Positions 38,050 to 52,505 are shown, numbered from the stretch's first letter. The stretch is DNA of 64,000 nt from Octopus bimaculoides (GCF_001194135.2 NC_068997.1:7983203-8047202); one strand, 5' to 3'. Numbers and translations: made by a program. Notes: a model not told the origin generated them from the sequence alone.

Positions 38050-38500
38050 ATTATTACGGTTGCGTTTCACGTGAGCTGCTGCATTTTTTCCCAGCTATGG
38101 CAGGTGGTAGTGTCTCCAGTATGGAGAGCTGTGCCAGGGCCACTGCGGTGAGGAGGCCAGTGCCGCTGGAAACCAAGTTAATCAAGTTGGATATGGGGGA
38201 GGTGACCAGAAGCAGGAATTTGATGGAGCCGGAACTGGGACCAGTGGCGAAATCAAAAGTGTGCAAATGGTGGGGATTTGGACTCGAAATGTGGCTTTTT
38301 GCCACATTCGAGGACAGAAAGAATTCCCTACCAGATAGAAGTGGAGGACGAGAAAACGTTAAATGTCGTAGTCGAGGGAAGAAAACCAAATTGTTATATA
38401 TGCTGGGAGAGAGGTTATATGAAGACCAAATGCCCCCTATATGAGTTCACACAGCCACAGCAAGAGAAAGCACAAGCAGAGGAAGAAAAATTGTAGACCA
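38050..38500 (+). mobile_element. L1/Tx1-like ORF1 remnant with a decayed zinc knuckle
   Basis: IPYQIEVEDEKTLNVVVEGRKPNCYICWERGYMKTKCP (CX2CX4[H to Y]X4C); frameshifted. Confidence 0.6.
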
Positions 38501-38772
38501 CACTGAGGAAATAAAAGAGAGATAGAAGTGTGAAACAGAGAAAACAAAGGAGAAGAACGAAAATGGAGCTACTAACCCTAAAAAGCGAAGGAACATTTAC
38601 CAATTCTGAAAGGAACATGTACCTTTCCACAATCAGGTCATATAGGTTAATCCTTTAATGCAATTGTATTTAAATTTCTGAATTCCACTCAAAAATGCTG
38701 CCATTTGTTCTTTCTGAAAGTTTCATTTTGTATCAATGCATTTGGAAGCATCAGAATAACTTGTGGTGATAT

Positions 38773-38910
38773 TTTATGCAACCTTTCATAATGGCGTCTC
38801 CAAACCTCTCTCTTTGCAGCCTCGTTTAGTGCAAGTAAGCTATCATCCATGCGGACACATTTCTCTCCTACAACATCACAATTTCGTGTCTTGCAACACG
38901 AAATACTTCA
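38773..38910 (-). mobile_element. RTE LINE fragment (endonuclease-RT linker) running into an N gap
   Basis: VFRVAR...DVVGEKCVRMDDSLLALNEAAKREVWRRHYERL. Confidence 0.65.
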
Positions 38911-39479
38911 NNNNNNNNNNNNNNNNNNNNNNNNNNNNNNNNNNNNNNNNNNNNNNNNNNNNNNNNNNNNNNNNNNNNNNNNNNNNNNNNNNNNNNNNNN
39001 NNNNNNNNNNNNNNNNNNNNNNNNNNNNNNNNNNNNNNNNNNNNNNNNNNNNNNNNNNNNNNNNNNNNNNNNNNNNNNNNNNNNNNNNNNNNNNNNNNNN
39101 NNNNNNNNNNNNNNNNNNNNNNNNNNNNNNNNNNNNNNNNNNNNNNNNNNNNNNNNNNNNNNNNNNNNNNNNNNNNNNNNNNNNNNNNNNNNNNNNNNNN
39201 NNNNNNNNNNNNNNNNNNNNNNNNNNNNNNNNNNNNNNNNNNNNNNNNNNNNNNNNNNNNNNNNNNNNNNNNNNNNNNNNNNNNNNNNNNNNNNNNNNNN
39301 NNNNNNNNNNNNNNNNNNNNNNNNNNNNNNTAATATAGATTTTTAACCGGCTTTCATTGGATGGAAAATTTTCAAGACGAGGGAGAATGAAAATGTTTTT
39401 ACAAAAACGTAAAAAATAATATATATAAAAAAATAATATATAAAAAAAAATAATATATAAAAAAATAAATATAACGGGA

Positions 39480-39800
39480 GGCTCGTCTGTCCGATATAGG
39501 AAGTGTTGGCAACCTTAAATTCCTTAAATTCCCTTTCTATCAATGTAAAGACAGAATCTCCACACAAGAAAGAATCAACAAGGAGAATCTTTTCATAGAG
39601 AAATTCCAAACACTTCTTAACACACAAACCCCTCAGTGACCTTATTTCTCTAAGAACAGACATAAACTTCCTGTTGACAAAGAGTTCATAACTCCAACTA
39701 AAGAGATTTGTCTTCCCTTACACACACTTCCTGTTTTGACACACTTCCTGCTTAACACACAAACCTTTAGCCCCTTTTCTCTTTTTTTAAACCTAACACA
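39480..39800 (+). mobile_element. Penelope-like GIY-YIG C-terminus and 3' tail
   Basis: FPFYQCKDRISTQERINKENLFIEKFQTLLN followed by a C/A-rich tail. Confidence 0.55.
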
Positions 39801-42345
39801 ACTCTCAATTTCATGCATCCTTATTTTTCCAACTATTATCTACATGGATTACCATTGAACTTTAAAAGCTCAAAGACAATATAATGTATTGGTATATTTA
39901 TTTTTTTATATATTATATTTTTTATATATTATTTTTTACTTTTTTGTCAAAAACATTTTCATTCCCCCTCTTCTTGAAAATGTGCCATGCAATGAAAGCC
40001 AGTTAGAAATCTATATTAAAATATGCTTTCAGTTTAGCATTCTGCCTTATTGTTATTTTTCATTTTCCTATTATTTCTCCACGTGCGGTTAACACAACCC
40101 CACTATATACTGACTTATATATATATATATACACATATGCAAAAGAAATTCTAAGTCTGATTTTCATGTTTTATTCAAGCCATATGAACTTGCCATGTTT
40201 AAGGACAAATTATTTTGAATCATTTAAGCCAAAATGGTATGAGTAGATTAAATACTGGTTGTTACTGCAACGACTCGCAAAGGATGTGGATAAAATTCGT
40301 TTGAAAATCTTGCATTTGAAGTTAGATGAAACGTTCATCAGTAATGAAATGTTGGTTTTGACTGCTATTTTGCATGGACGAAAACTTTAGTTGGTGGAAA
40401 GCGTTGGTCTTAATGCTATCAGTATATCAACATTGCAGACCAAAACGATGAGGGTATAGTAAGTAAGGATCATGTTGGTAGCTTTTTTCCCCGTTTGATG
40501 CTTAGTCTATTCTCACTGTTATGTGGTGTTTGCTTGCATCCATTTCATATCCATTGTTATGCTGGAACGTTGATCTCCCTGAGACTGATAAAAATATGAT
40601 GATGAAAATTCTGTACTAATGTGTATCACTCTCTCTTGAGAAAAACTTGAGGTTAACTTGAGTAAAATAAATAACCGTTTATTTCATCAGACATTGAATG
40701 ACAGTCAATTGGTTTTAGTAATGATCAGAAATGAAAAACCTTTAGTTCTGAAAATTCGAATTATCATTTGCGAGATTTATGAAGATTAGTTTAATTACCA
40801 TAGAATTTCTCTTGATCTCGGGTTTACCATTGTCATGAGATTGTGTTGTAGCTGCACCAAACGTGGTGTGAAAGCAAAACTCATGAACATTTAACAACAG
40901 ATTTTATTGAGGGAAATCCAAGCATGAATACATACATAGATCATCAGAGACTAGGATGTAGGGATTGACTTAACTGTATCTGATCGACGATTAGTTATCT
41001 CGAAGATAAGAGACTACTGAAACTTGCTGAAGTCTTTTCCTTGATTGGCTGCGTGAGATCCGAGTTGTTCTGTTCGAAAGCCACCAGAACCCCATTTGGT
41101 TTTGGGCCTAAATTGCTTAGCTAGTGTAAAGGACACTTGAGATGATGTTGCAACTGGTGGTGCAATCTGCTGCAAATTGGTTGGTTGATAAATAGGGTGT
41201 TCGTATGAAACATACATGGCTCAGCTGTGTAGCTTACTCATAATCGTGAACTGACAATTTCGCAGATAGAGTTTGAATCCCTGCAGGCTTTTTTCCAACT
41301 TCTCCTCTTCTGAGTATCGAATGCTGGATCTGACACATTACTGTGTCAGCATTCACAATTCTAGCATTCAAATTAGTCTCCTGTTTTCCACCACTCATGA
41401 ATGAGATATGTAAATTTCTTCACTTGCTACAGTAGTGTTCCATTAACATGCAGAGTGCACTGGGAAAACTTTCTTTAGAAGATCAATGTCTCAATCTTCG
41501 CAATACTAATCCTCTGCCATTCCTTGCAACACTTGGCAGTGAACCCATTCAGTGCATGCATATGATCATCTGATGAGTGAAGTATCACCTCTTGTCAGCA
41601 ATTATCAGCTGACTTATTCCATATCCACTTCCTCAATGGCAGTGCATATCAATCTAGTTCATTAAAATTACGAAAAGGAGAGGTTATAATATACACCCCT
41701 GCCAAAGTCACGTTGCTCATTATCCCAAACTCCTGCAAAACCCTCTTCGGTACTAATTATCCGCAATGTGAGAGTATCGACAGCAGGGAAAACTCACAAA
41801 ACTTGTGAGTCCAGTGCAACTTACAGAATAAAATGGTAAACTCTAGCAGAGGATGGGATCAGAAACAAATACGTGAACGCTATTGATACATAAAAGCACC
41901 CATTACACTCTCAGAGTGTTTGGCATTAGGAAGGGTATTCAGTTGTAGAAAACTATGCCAAATCAGACTGAAGTCTGATGCAGCCTTCCAGCAATGCCAA
42001 CCTAGTCAAACCATCCGACTCATGCCAGCATGGACAACAAACATTAAAATAATGATGATGATGATGATGATGATGATGAACTTGCTTTAATGAATAAACA
42101 GTTATCACTTCCTTTTTATATTTTAAGCTTTATTAATAATTTTTTCCTCGAACTGTCCAAAAATCATTAACAACAACAACATCCACTCCTGGTGCTAGTG
42201 TTGCTGTTGCTTATGGTTTATTTATGATTTAGTATGTAACTGATACTTTAAGTACAGTAAATGTCAATTATATTCTTAGTTGGCTATTCTCAAAGCAAAA
42301 GTCTGCTTCACCACATTCAGTAAACATTCCTCCAGGGCCCTCTTC

Positions 42346-42408
42346 TCAATGTTTTCTTACCATGAGATTTTCTTTCAATACTGCAAGAGTTGTATCAATA
42401 TTATTTAT
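42346..42408 (-). CDS. TRPM: Last visible TRPM exon: INNIDTTLAVLKENLM (then VRKH-stop if the donor at 42360 is read through)
   Basis: tttactttcag acceptor; continues the coiled coil; ATG|gtaaga possible donor, in-frame TGA at 42348-42346. Confidence 0.65.
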   Translation of the reverse strand: MNNIDTTLAVLKENLMVRKH

Positions 42409-45400
42409 CTGAAAGTAAAGAAAAATCATTTGTTATTTAGTGTTTAATATATACAAGCTGTTATATTCCGTTTTTTATTTTATTTTATTTACTTTCAGTT
42501 TCAAATAAATTTTCATCACAGTTATAAAATCTTCAAATGTTTTTGACTTTACCGTTGGGCCTTGTACTTTCTTTCAATTTGTGTTTGGTGGTGAGGGATG
42601 CCCTAATTTTGAAGTAAATATCGAAAACAATGCATTTTATTTATTAATGCATTTGGCACATTTGGTGGATGGAAACTGAAAAGAAGCCCATTGTATATCT
42701 ATATATGTGCCTCTGTGTGTGGGGGTGGGTGTCTTTGTGTCTGTTTTTGTATACTACCACCACTTCTAGACAATTGGTTTTGGTGTGTTTACGTCCCTAT
42801 AATTTAGCAGTTTGGCAAAAGAGATCAATAGTATAAGTGCCAGGCAGGGTCAAGTCATTCAACTAAAAATTCTTTAAGGCAGTGCCCCAGCATGGCCACA
42901 TTCTTATGACTGAAACAGGCAAAAAAAAATAATACAGATTAAATCAGCAATCAGCCTCAAATGGTAGAGTATGAAATTAAATAATTTATAATATATTGGC
43001 CAGCAATTGAGTCTCTCAAGCTTCAAGAAATAAACCAGATCTTCTTTTGATCTCACCCTACCATCTTAAAAAGGAAACACATTAGATAATATAGTTCTAT
43101 GTATACTAAATGAGATTAAAGTGTGGGATGGTCACATTTGGATTCTTCTGATCAGGGATCATAGGTGGTGATGTATCATAGCTCCAGTGATATTACAATT
43201 AGTTTTATATGTAATCACACTAATTAAAGTAAATGGAGTTGTTTGCAAGTTTGCTGAACAATGATAAAATATGATAAATTTACTTGGATTCTGATAACAT
43301 GAAAATTAATATAATTTCTTTCTTTCTTAAAAATGAAGAAAATTAGATTGATTAATGACTGAGAACTGAAATATAAAGTTGGTAGTAGTAGCATGGATAG
43401 AAACAAAAACCCTTCCTTTGCCATGACTAGTTTTTTTTTTTTTTCAATAATATTAGTGTCATATATGATGATGATGATTGACAGATACTCATAAAGGATG
43501 CAACAAATGTATCCTCATGAGATTTTTTAGTCTTTATTTGAGATAAACATTTTAATGTATTTGTTCTGTTTAGGATATGCTATTTCATAATGCTACAAAT
43601 GCTACACAACCATTTTCAATAAAGTTGATTTCAGCCAGAATAACTACTACATTTCTAAATGTCTTATAATTTATTTTTTTTGTCATTGCTCTGTGGACCA
43701 GTCTTTAATTCTAATAAATATTATAAATGATATTATAATTCAATAAATATTATTTGTTCAGTTAATAAATTCCTCAAAATTTTGAGTAAATCATAACATA
43801 AAATGAAAATATTTATTGAATAATGATTAAGTGAAATTTAATAGTTCTCATCTTAAAACTGAAAAATAAATTAAAAATAATAAATTACAAACCTTTTCTT
43901 CAATGTTTTGCAGCCTCTGATTTAAAATATTTGCACTTTTAGTAAATTCCTTTTCAGGTTCTGAGAATGAAATATTCTGTGAACTTTCATATTTAGAAAT
44001 TTCTAATTGGTCAATTCTGCAATGATAAAATATGTAATTATATTTAAAGGGTAGTTACATTATGAAAGAGCTATTTATATCATAGTATTCCACTGTAGTG
44101 GAATTATGTAATTTGCCAAGTCACAGTTGTGTGGTGAAAATCTTTACCCCTCCCTCTCTTCATGCAGTGATAAACCTACGTTTTGGGGGTCTTGACACTC
44201 CTCTTCAAAGCCTGTAACAATAGCGCAAAATTCAACAAGGTTTGAAAATTACCTTACTACCCATGCAAGGACTCTAAAACCAAGAGGTTAGAGAACAGTG
44301 TGATTGAGTGAAATCCCCCAAAATGGCACTATGCAATAAGCTTTTTCCTATCAGTAATGGTCTTTGGATATCCCTATAATGCATTTGTTCCATGACAGAT
44401 CATCGTACACTTTAAAATAAAATTCAATTTTACATCTCAGGTTTTAATTTAAATTTCTGTGCTGAGTTGAAAATTAGACATTATACAAATGCTTGACACA
44501 ATGTAGACTAATGAATAAAACACAGCTATGATCAGATTTAACATAATCTTTTAATTTAAACACCTATTAGATTACATGCTACATAAACCAAATTTTTAAA
44601 ATACTTTCTTTCAGGGTTTTCTTGCAATATAGACATGCAAAGTTTTGTCACTTGAGATATTCCTTGCAATGTCTTTTTTTTTTTTTAATGACAATATGGT
44701 AAAATAATTGAAATACTCTTCAATTAAGGTAGAAAGATAAATTTGAGAAATTCCTTTCTGCTTCACAGCTTGTAATAGCCATTGTCAAGTATTCCTTAAG
44801 TGCAGCAATAATACTTAGGAACACTTCAGTTAGGTGTAGACCACAAATAAGCTGAATAATTTCTGTACATTGTATTTTGATGGTGTGTTTTCTTTCGTGT
44901 TCAGAGATTTCCCAAGTTGTAAATAGTCACTGAACTGACAGTGCACATTGAATAAATTGCAGTCAATACCATTTTTGTAATATATTGCAAGGTTAATACT
45001 GTTCTTCTCAGAACTGTTTACCAATTTTGAAAGGAACATGTACCTTTCCACAATCTGGTCATATAGGTTAATCCTTTAATGCAATTGTATTTGAATTTCT
45101 GAATTCCACTCAAAAAACGCTGCCATTTGTTCTTTCTGAAAGTTTCATTTTGTATCAATGCATTTGGAAGCATCAGAATAACTTGTGGTGATATGTTACG
45201 GAGCATAAGAAAGGGATATTGTGTTAGATTTGGAGTAAATATCTAGAGTGATATTTCAATGTCATCTATAGACACCAGCATTCAAACTGATGTTGAGATT
45301 TATTAATTCTGAGTAGGAGTGGAGTTTTCATGTAGCTGAAATTGCATCAATATTTTTTTTATAAACAATGACAAAAATTAAAAACATAATTTATTGGTAT

Positions 45401-48400
45401 ATTATAGGTGTAGGGTTTCTACATATTGATGGGTTTATGAAGGAAGCATAATTATTGAAAAAAAAGTATATAACACTAAGCTGTTGGGCCTTACAAAAAC
45501 CTTTGAATGGAAAGCATGAAGGTACGTCTTGGAATTCCTTTTCTAATATGAGTTGTGCAACTTGAAAATGATGGAGGCTAATTAGAATACAAGTGGAGGC
45601 TCATGGCCTAGTGGTTAGAGCAGTGGACTCACAGTCAAGGGATTGCAGGTTTGAATCTCAGACCGGGCGATGAGTGTGTTTATGAGCAAAACACCTAAAT
45701 TCCACATGGCTCCAGCAGAAGGTAATGGTGAACTTCTGCTGACTCTTTCACCACACCTTTCTCTCACTATTTCCTCCTGCATATAGCAGCTCACCTGTGA
45801 TGGAACACCATCCCATCCAGATGGGGAACCTATATGCCAATGGAACCGGGAAACTGCCCCTTATGAACCAGGCATGGCTCAAGAAGGAACAAACAACAAT
45901 TAGAACACAAAGTCAACTCTGAGAAAGCAATTGGATGTCCAAAAGCCAATATCTTGTAAATATATGTAATCAAGTTAACTCTCTTCAACTTACCTTGGTG
46001 TGTAAAAGTGACAAGGTAATGCATAAAAAGCAACAACATCTGGTCAAAACCACATTCGTAATGTACACCAATGAATAAGTAGTTAATGGCTTCTGTTACC
46101 TAGGTGACCAAGTCAGTAGCAGGGGTGGATGCTCTGAGAGAATAGCTGCTAGAATAAGAATAGCCTGGGCAAAGTTCAGAGAGCCTGTACCTCTGTTGGT
46201 AACAAAGGGCCTCTTGCTCAGAGTAAAACGTAGACTGTATGATGCATGTGTGTAAACAGCCATGCCATATGGCAGTGAAACATGGGTGGTGACTGCTGAG
46301 GATATGCGTAAGCTTGCAATGAATGAAGCTAGTATGCTCCGCTGGATGTGTAAAATTAGTGAGCATACACGACAGAGTGTAAGCACCCTGAAAGAAAAGT
46401 TGGACATAAGAAGCATCAGATGTGGTGTGCAAGAGAGATGACTGCACTGGTATGGTCATATGTTGCATATGGATGAGGACAGTTGTGTGAAAAAGTGTCA
46501 CACCCTAGCAGTAGGGGGAACCTGTGGAAGAGGTAGACCCAGGAAGACCTGGGATGAGGTGGTGAAGCATAACTCTCAAGTGTATTTTCTCAACTGCAGC
46601 CTATCCTGAATCTTACAAAAATTGTACTTTTTTTCCCAAAGAAAATTGTTTTACAAGTGTCAAAACATTAGCTTAATGCATACAAATTTAAAGATGAAAT
46701 CACTTACAAATTCTTTTTACTGTCAGATTTATTTTGCCTTGCAATGTAAGAGTCAACCATCTGATCTTCCCAGAGAATTAAATTTTTTTCGTTTTCTTTT
46801 TCCAAATCGGTTTCATGTATCCTTACTGTGGAAGAAAGGTATAGCAAATATTAATTATAGTGAAAGTTATTCCACATAAAGCTGTACTGGTTAGAGTGTC
46901 AAGATAATACATAATATGTTATGGTTAAGGAGTGTAGGTGCAACCCTAATGTACTACAAGAGATTATGAAGTGTAGCAGTTAAGGAAAGATATAATTGCA
47001 GTGGCTGTAGAATACACTGGTAATGGCTATATAATGTTGCAATAGCTATAGAGCGTAATACTAACATATAGACAATACAGTGGCTATATAATGTAGAGGT
47101 AATGCAAATATATACATATAACTGCTGTGGAGTTAAAACATAGATAACGTTGTGGTAACTAGGACATAGTTTTAAAAAGAGACTATGTTGTACTGGTTAT
47201 TGAGTGCAGTGCTAAGATAAACTTGCATTTGCTATGAAGTGTAGTTATTACTACACTTTAAATACAAGAAAAGTTTGGATTGTCCTTGAAGACATTAAAC
47301 CAGAATAATGTTGTAGTGTGTTCATGAAGTATAGCAATAACATTTTTGGATATTTTAGGGGAATTGGTGTATCATTGTAATGTACAATTATCAGATCTGA
47401 CAAGTCCAAATATGCTGAAAGTAAAGGACTCTTTCAATGAGAATGATTCCCTAATCATGTGAGAAAAAGTTGCAATAAGATAAGTGGAAAATGAAAAGTC
47501 AGTAGGTGTTGGCAATATCCCTGCTGAACTGTTGAAGCATGAAGGAGAGGTCACAATACCCATTTGTAACAAGATCTGGCATATATGGATTATAGTGGTA
47601 ATACGCAGGTAAAGTTTTAGTGGATCCTTTATTATGGCATGTACTCCTACTGTCAGTGACTAACAAACAGGTTCCTTGCATACACCTCAGTTGTGTAGCA
47701 TATTGATGCAAAATATCTCTAACAGTAAAAACTGTATCCAATAATATGCAGAAGTACAAATTTGGGAAATTACAAAAAATAGAAATAAAACAAGGAAAAA
47801 GATATTTACAAAATGCAGATTTTCTATCAGGTTGTTTATGACTTGCTTTTTCACACAGATAACGACAGAACTGGTAGATGTTACAGAGCAGTATGAAAGG
47901 AGGAGGCAGAGGAGGGCGGATAGAAAACTCAAAGATTAGTTCATATCTCTGGAAGGACCAATGGAGATGACTTTTTTCCTGCACTTTTTGAAAAGTAGAA
48001 CTGAAATGAAAAGCAAAAAACATTACAGAATAGAATTAATTTCCATTTTGAGCTTTCAATAATATCAAATCAAATTAAACCCTATTTTAAACCCCAGAGA
48101 TGACGGTGGTACGTAAAAAGCACCATTTGAGCGCGATCGTTTCCAGCTTCGCCTTGCTGGCACTTGTACTGGTGGCATGTGAACAAAACATTGGACTGGT
48201 TTGCCAGTCCCCAGTCAAATCATCCAACCCATGCTAGCATGGAAAGCAGACGTTAAACGATGATCATCATCATCATACAACCCTGTGATATTTTATCTTA
48301 TCAGTAACATATACCTATATATAGCCTATATTTAATCTCCTGATCACCAAGAATTTTGCAAGGCCTCAGGGAGACAGTAACCAAACACTTTCTGTGCCAT

Positions 48401-49857
48401 CACACTTCTGACAGTACAGTTTCACTGTGTTGATGTTTCTCGGTAAACCTCTAAATTCCATTCATTTTAGTTACTTGTGTGTGTGTGTGTGTGTGTGTGT
48501 GTGCTATACTTTATATTCTAGCATATAACTGACCAATAACCATGTCAGTATCAGTGACATTTCTGCCAATGCCAGCCAATTTGACATATGTACATCCCTG
48601 CTCACAGTGTACAATTTAAGATCCATAAGGTGTATCCAATATATCAATTTTTTGTTTTTGTAAAAGTCGCTGACAATCAAGTCTCTTCCCGGTGTTTCCT
48701 ATTCTGAAATTCTCCTATCACAATTTCAAGAGATTCACCATTGATACTGTCTGCTTTTGGTGCAATATTCAGAACAATATTTCTTTCAGAATTCTTCTGG
48801 CTATATAATAACCCAGTTAAACTCTTTTTTATCTCCAGAATGAATCTACATCATCCAGAGAAAGAGCCTCTGTTTTTATTGACTAACCCATCCTCTCTAT
48901 AAACACTGTTAACTGATTCTGACTGAATCTCTTGTTAATTTCTTTGCTTTTTTCATTTATTGTCTTCTGAGGAAAGAGTTTCATACTGGCAGCTTTTAAT
49001 TCATGTTTATGGGCAATCAAGGGTTTTCATTTTTATCTCTCAACATGTTTCCTTATTTATTTTTAAATTTTTGTTCATTGCTTGTTTGAATTTGATGAGT
49101 ATCATCACATAATTAATCATCTTCCATTTTTCTAATCCATGGTTGCACTTTTTGCATTTTATTGGTTTGTCAATGTTTAATTCCTTAACGTTTTAATGAG
49201 ACTGTTTAACAGTACCCAGTATATCTGAATGTATTTAGAGGTGGGATAAGAGAGAGAGAGAGAGAGAGAGAGAGATGGGGAGCAAGAGGCTCATACAGCA
49301 CACATTAACTGATGAATTTTACAAAAATTTTAAAGTGTCGGTAATATTCTGAATTTTGTCAAAACAAATTAAAATATATTTTATTAATTCTAAAATAAAA
49401 TTTAATGTCTAATAATTATAGTTTTTTCATATGTTTCTATTTTGTTTTCATTTCAATTATTCAAAAATGTAATCCAGTAACTATAGTTACCCACTTACTA
49501 AAACTTCATTAGCACATGTATTCACACACACATTTCAAGGAAAAGTTTTTACCTGAACATGGCAATCAGTAAATTGAGAAGCAAAATATTTGTTAGTAAA
49601 ATATATATACACATCAAAATTGGTGCAACATATGAACCAAGTTCAGAAGGACATTTGCTGTCGCTCACATTACAATCTGAAACAAAGCAAATGAAAAATC
49701 ATTAAATATTTTAACAATTATAATCATATTGTAATAGCATCTGAAACTTTTACTTAAGAAATCTTCCTCTTAAGGTGTTGGCAACACAATTTTTGTGAGT
49801 TGTTATCAAACAGTAATGAAATTGGAGCCTGGTATTCTTGCATGAATTCTCTATTGT

Positions 49858-49893
<36 letters not shown>

Positions 49894-50077
49894 TTTTAAT
49901 TTTGTTTCCATTTTTTGCCGAGTGTCTTCTCAACACCTAAAGCAAAGAAACTCACATTGATAGACCATTAAGATAAATACACCAAATTGTTCAATTACAA
50001 AATCAAGTTATGTGAAAGAAAAAAAAAGAAATGAAAAAGAAAGAAAAGAAAAAGATATTCATCATCATCATCTGACA

Positions 50078-50115
<38 letters not shown>

Positions 50116-52467
50116 GGCAGAATCGTTAACACACTGGGTGAAATACTTAACAGTTTTTCATCTGCTATTATGTTCTAAGTTCAAATTTCACTGAAGTCAA
50201 CTTTGCCTTTCATCCTTTCGGGGTCGATAAAATTAGTACCAGTTACACACTGGGGTCGATGTAATTGACTTAATCCCTTCCCCCATTCCTGTTTTTATTG
50301 TGATACCATCACTAGGTGTATCATTAATCAGACCATGAGCAGGCTCTTATTATTATTATTATTATGATAGATAAATATTACAATAAAAAAATTGTTACAA
50401 TAAAATGATTATCATCATTACAATAAAAGGATTGCTATTATTATTATAAAGGTGGCAGGCTGGCAGAATTATTAGCATAGCAGGCAAAATGCTGAGCAGC
50501 ATTTTAACCTTCCTAATGCTTTGGATTCTAATTCCAATGAATTCATCTTTGCCTTTCATCCTTTCAGGATCAATAAATTAATTACCAGTTGAGAACTGGG
50601 ATTAGTGTAATTGGTTAGCCCCTGCCTCAAATGTCAGCCCTTGTACCTATAGTAGAAAGAATTATTATTATCATCATCATCAATGATGGTGATGGTGATG
50701 ATGACTTTTACATTGACAAACACTGAATTTAAAGATTCAATTGACATATTCCTGAAATAATATCTATTAATTTCCTTTATGCACTTGTTTCAACTACCAT
50801 TAGGTAACATAGAATAAAGCATATTTTTTCTTCTTAGATGGAGCATAAAGAAGACATTACAATGTGATGGTATCGGTCATGTTATCCAAAATATTGTTAA
50901 AAACAGAAAATACATTAATTGGTAGAGCACATGGACAGTTTTTTTACCTAGATTGAATCAAATCCTAAATAATACAAGGACTTAATCTATTGATAACAGA
51001 CGGATGAAAGCAAAGTTGAATCTGAAATGATTCCGTTTGAAAATGCAGAGTTAAAAAAGTATTCTTTAAAACTATATTTACAATTTCTGCTAACACATTC
51101 CACTTAAATACAATGTAAATTTTCTTTATGAAACTCAAAAAATGTTTGCAAGCCATTGTTTCTGTCAAATGACTTGAAAGAAAGTGAAAAAGTATATCAA
51201 ATTTGTTTACCTTCATATTCTTCAAGAAAAAGTTCTCCATACATATGAAAATAAGCTTTCCTAAATACTCTTTTAAACAAATCATAAGAAACTGGAGCAC
51301 TTGGATAGAGAATTGACTGGGAAGCAATGCCATAGGCAATCATTAAGACAAATAGAATTATGATAAAATATCCAAGGTCTTGCATCTGAAAGAATAAATA
51401 ATGTTAAAAAGTAAGTAGCGATAATTAATCATTTGTTAATATTAACATAAATTAACAGTATCTACAGTTAACATTACAAAATAATTAACAATGTAGTACA
51501 AAGATACTCTATTCAATGTGAGATTTCATCAGTATTTGATTGGTTCATTTGTAGTGGTTATAATGAAGAGAATTGCAGCAGATATGATAGAGGTTGAATT
51601 GGCTGCTTCAAAACTTTTTTTTTTTTTTTTGTTTCTCTCACAGGCCTGAGTTAGAAAGGATAGAATGTATTTCTTGAGTTTAAAAATAAATCCAGTCTTG
51701 TGACTCACCATTTTCTTAATCATTATAAGCTTCGGTCCAAGATGTCTATGGAATGAGAGCATATAAAGAAACCGGATGTAAAAGGAGATCAAGTTTAAAC
51801 TAAGCACCACTTTGGCATAATCATCCAGTTTCAGAAATCGAAGAACGTACCCCATGCTGAACAAGATAATAGTTATAACATCAACAACATTCCAAATGTC
51901 ACAGATGTAATTGATTAATTTTGAGCGAAGTGAGTTAGAACTTTTTGTTAACATCTGAAATGTAAGCAGAAAATAAAAATAAAATAAAACAGTTACATGC
52001 ACACACACACACACACACACAAATATCTATGTCACTATGCAGTTTTATTAAGGCAGCAGGCTGGCAGAAACGTTAGCACACTGGGCAAAATGCTTAGCGG
52101 GTATTTTGTTTGTCTTTTACGTTCTGAGTTCAAATTCCTTTTCATCCTTTCAGGGCCAATAAATTAAGTACCAGTTGCGTACTGGGGTCGATCTAATCGA
52201 CTGGCCACACCCCAAAAATTTCAGGACTTGTGCCTAGAGTAGAAAAGATTATTCAGCTTTATTTCAAGATCTCTTGCCAACAGAGAAAGAACCGGTTTCT
52301 AACCTAGATACACGGTACCTTCATTGGAATTTCAACATCAACAACAGGGGTTTTTTTATGTATATGCGCAGATTTGTATGTTTTATGTTTGTCTTCTCAT
52401 GCATATATTTGCACATCTAGATATGCACATATATACTTAAATGATAAACTTATGTATGTATATGTAC

Positions 52468-52505
<38 letters not shown>

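Noticed and set aside
45018-45206. Duplicated 177-bp segment as a mutually exclusive TRPM exon
   Set aside because: The adjacent sequence translates to a hAT transposase C-terminus, and the second copy lies downstream of the last visible TRPM exon
45993-46038. AG...CAAG|GTAAGT pseudo-exon in a TRPM intron
   Set aside because: Its translation does not fit the coiled-coil region and its phase is incompatible with the phase-2 acceptor at 44016
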